Shown here in pieces: positions 63,301 to 64,000 of a DNA stretch of 64,000 bases. Source of the DNA: Balanoglossus misakiensis (taxonomy: Eukaryota; Animalia; Hemichordata); assembly GCA_040954595.2 (NCBI GenBank), contig CM082583.2, forward strand, positions 8,306,849-8,370,848. The letters are read 5' to 3'. Position 1 is the stretch's first letter, and every line of letters starts with the position of its first letter. The notes under the pieces were generated by a model, which was given only the letters and a program-made list of their open reading frames with translations, was not told where the DNA came from and did no database searches. The translations under genes were made by a program, and so were the position numbers.

Positions 63301-64000
63301 CTGCAGCAGGCCTGTCACGTCAGACCTGCACCAGGCCTGTCCCGTCAGACCTGCACCAGGCCTGTCACGTCAGACCTGCACCAGGCCTGTCACGTCAGAC
63401 CTGCACCAGGCCTGTCACGTCAGACCTGCACCAGGCCTGTCACGTCAGACCTGCAGCAGACCTGTCAGAACAGACCTGCACCAGGCCTGTCCCGTCAGAC
63501 CTGCACCAGGCCTGTCACGTCAGACCTGCACCAGGCCTGTCATGTCAGACCTGCACCAGGCCTGTCACGTCAGACCTGCAGCAGGCCTGTCACGTCAGAC
63601 CTGCACCAGGCCTGTCACGTCAGACCTGCAGCAGACCTGTCACGTCAGACCTGCACCAGGCCTGTCACGTCAGACCTGCACCAGGCCTGTCACGTCAGAC
63701 CTGCAGCAGGCCTGTCAGAACTGACCTGCAGCAGGCCTGTCAGAACAGACCTGTTGCATGTCTGTCAGAACAGACCTGGTGCAGGTCTGGCAGATCAGAC
63801 CTGTGGCAGGTCTGACAGATCAGGTCTGGTGCATGGCTTGCATGTCAGACATGCAGCATACCTGACAGGGCAGGTATGCTGCACGCATGTGACAGACCCG
63901 GTGCAGACAAATCCTGGTGCAGGTCTGTCAATCTTTAGCTGTGCACAACTAAAGTTCACCAGGTCTGCACCAGGTGTGGTGCATGTCCGGTGCATGTCTG
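60317..64000. mobile_element. Head-to-tail array of non-autonomous TIR elements (CAC...GTG ends); units start at 60317, 61551, 62760 and 63944; the array continues past the window end
   Basis: Unit start cacaactaaagttcaccaggtctgcaccagg versus reverse complement of the unit end cacagctaaagattgacagacctgcaccagg: 24/31 identity. Unit lengths are 1234, 1209 and 1184 bp. Confidence 0.75.
60405..63760 (+). repeat. 25-bp minisatellite (cagacctgcaccaggcctgtcacgt), roughly 35-38 copies inside each ~1.2-kb unit, with inverted degenerate copies near each unit's right end
   Basis: Read directly. Variant monomers (…gtcccgt, …gttccgt, …gtcagaa, cagcag…) recur in a similar order in every unit. Confidence 0.97.

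Noticed and set aside
60347-63724. 1125-aa Cys/Pro/Arg-rich ORF and its overlapping sister ORFs
   Set aside because: The 25-bp monomer has no stop in any + frame, so all three frames give the same 25-aa repeat. Whole-monomer indels shift frames freely. This is a minisatellite artefact.
60405-63760. CRISPR-like regular repeats
   Set aside because: Monomers are directly adjacent with no unique spacers, there are no cas genes, and the context is eukaryotic.

Overview
Animal genomic DNA with GT-AG introns and AT-rich intergenic sequence; it looks like an invertebrate deuterostome, but that assignment is inference only. From left to right: (1) a possible decayed spliced gene remnant; (2) a complete 5-exon minus-strand gene for a 414-aa type I membrane protein with a signal peptide, one MAM domain, a TM helix and an acidic tail, whose last exon and 3' flank carry an apparently exact 1487-bp tandem duplication; (3) an intronless short-chain dehydrogenase; (4) a cluster of three chondroitin polymerase-family genes; (5) a head-to-tail array of ~1.2-kb elements with CAC...GTG terminal inverted repeats, filled with a 25-bp minisatellite and fused end-to-end with no spacer. 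The cluster holds a canonical 773-aa CHSY1 (+, 2 exons), a convergent 685-aa CHSY paralog (-, 6 coding exons) with intact GT31 motifs but lost GT7 catalytic motifs, and the first coding exon of a divergently oriented CHPF-like gene (+). The repeat array lies in what is probably the first intron of the CHPF-like gene. All gene models were spliced by hand, and reading-frame phases were checked across every junction.
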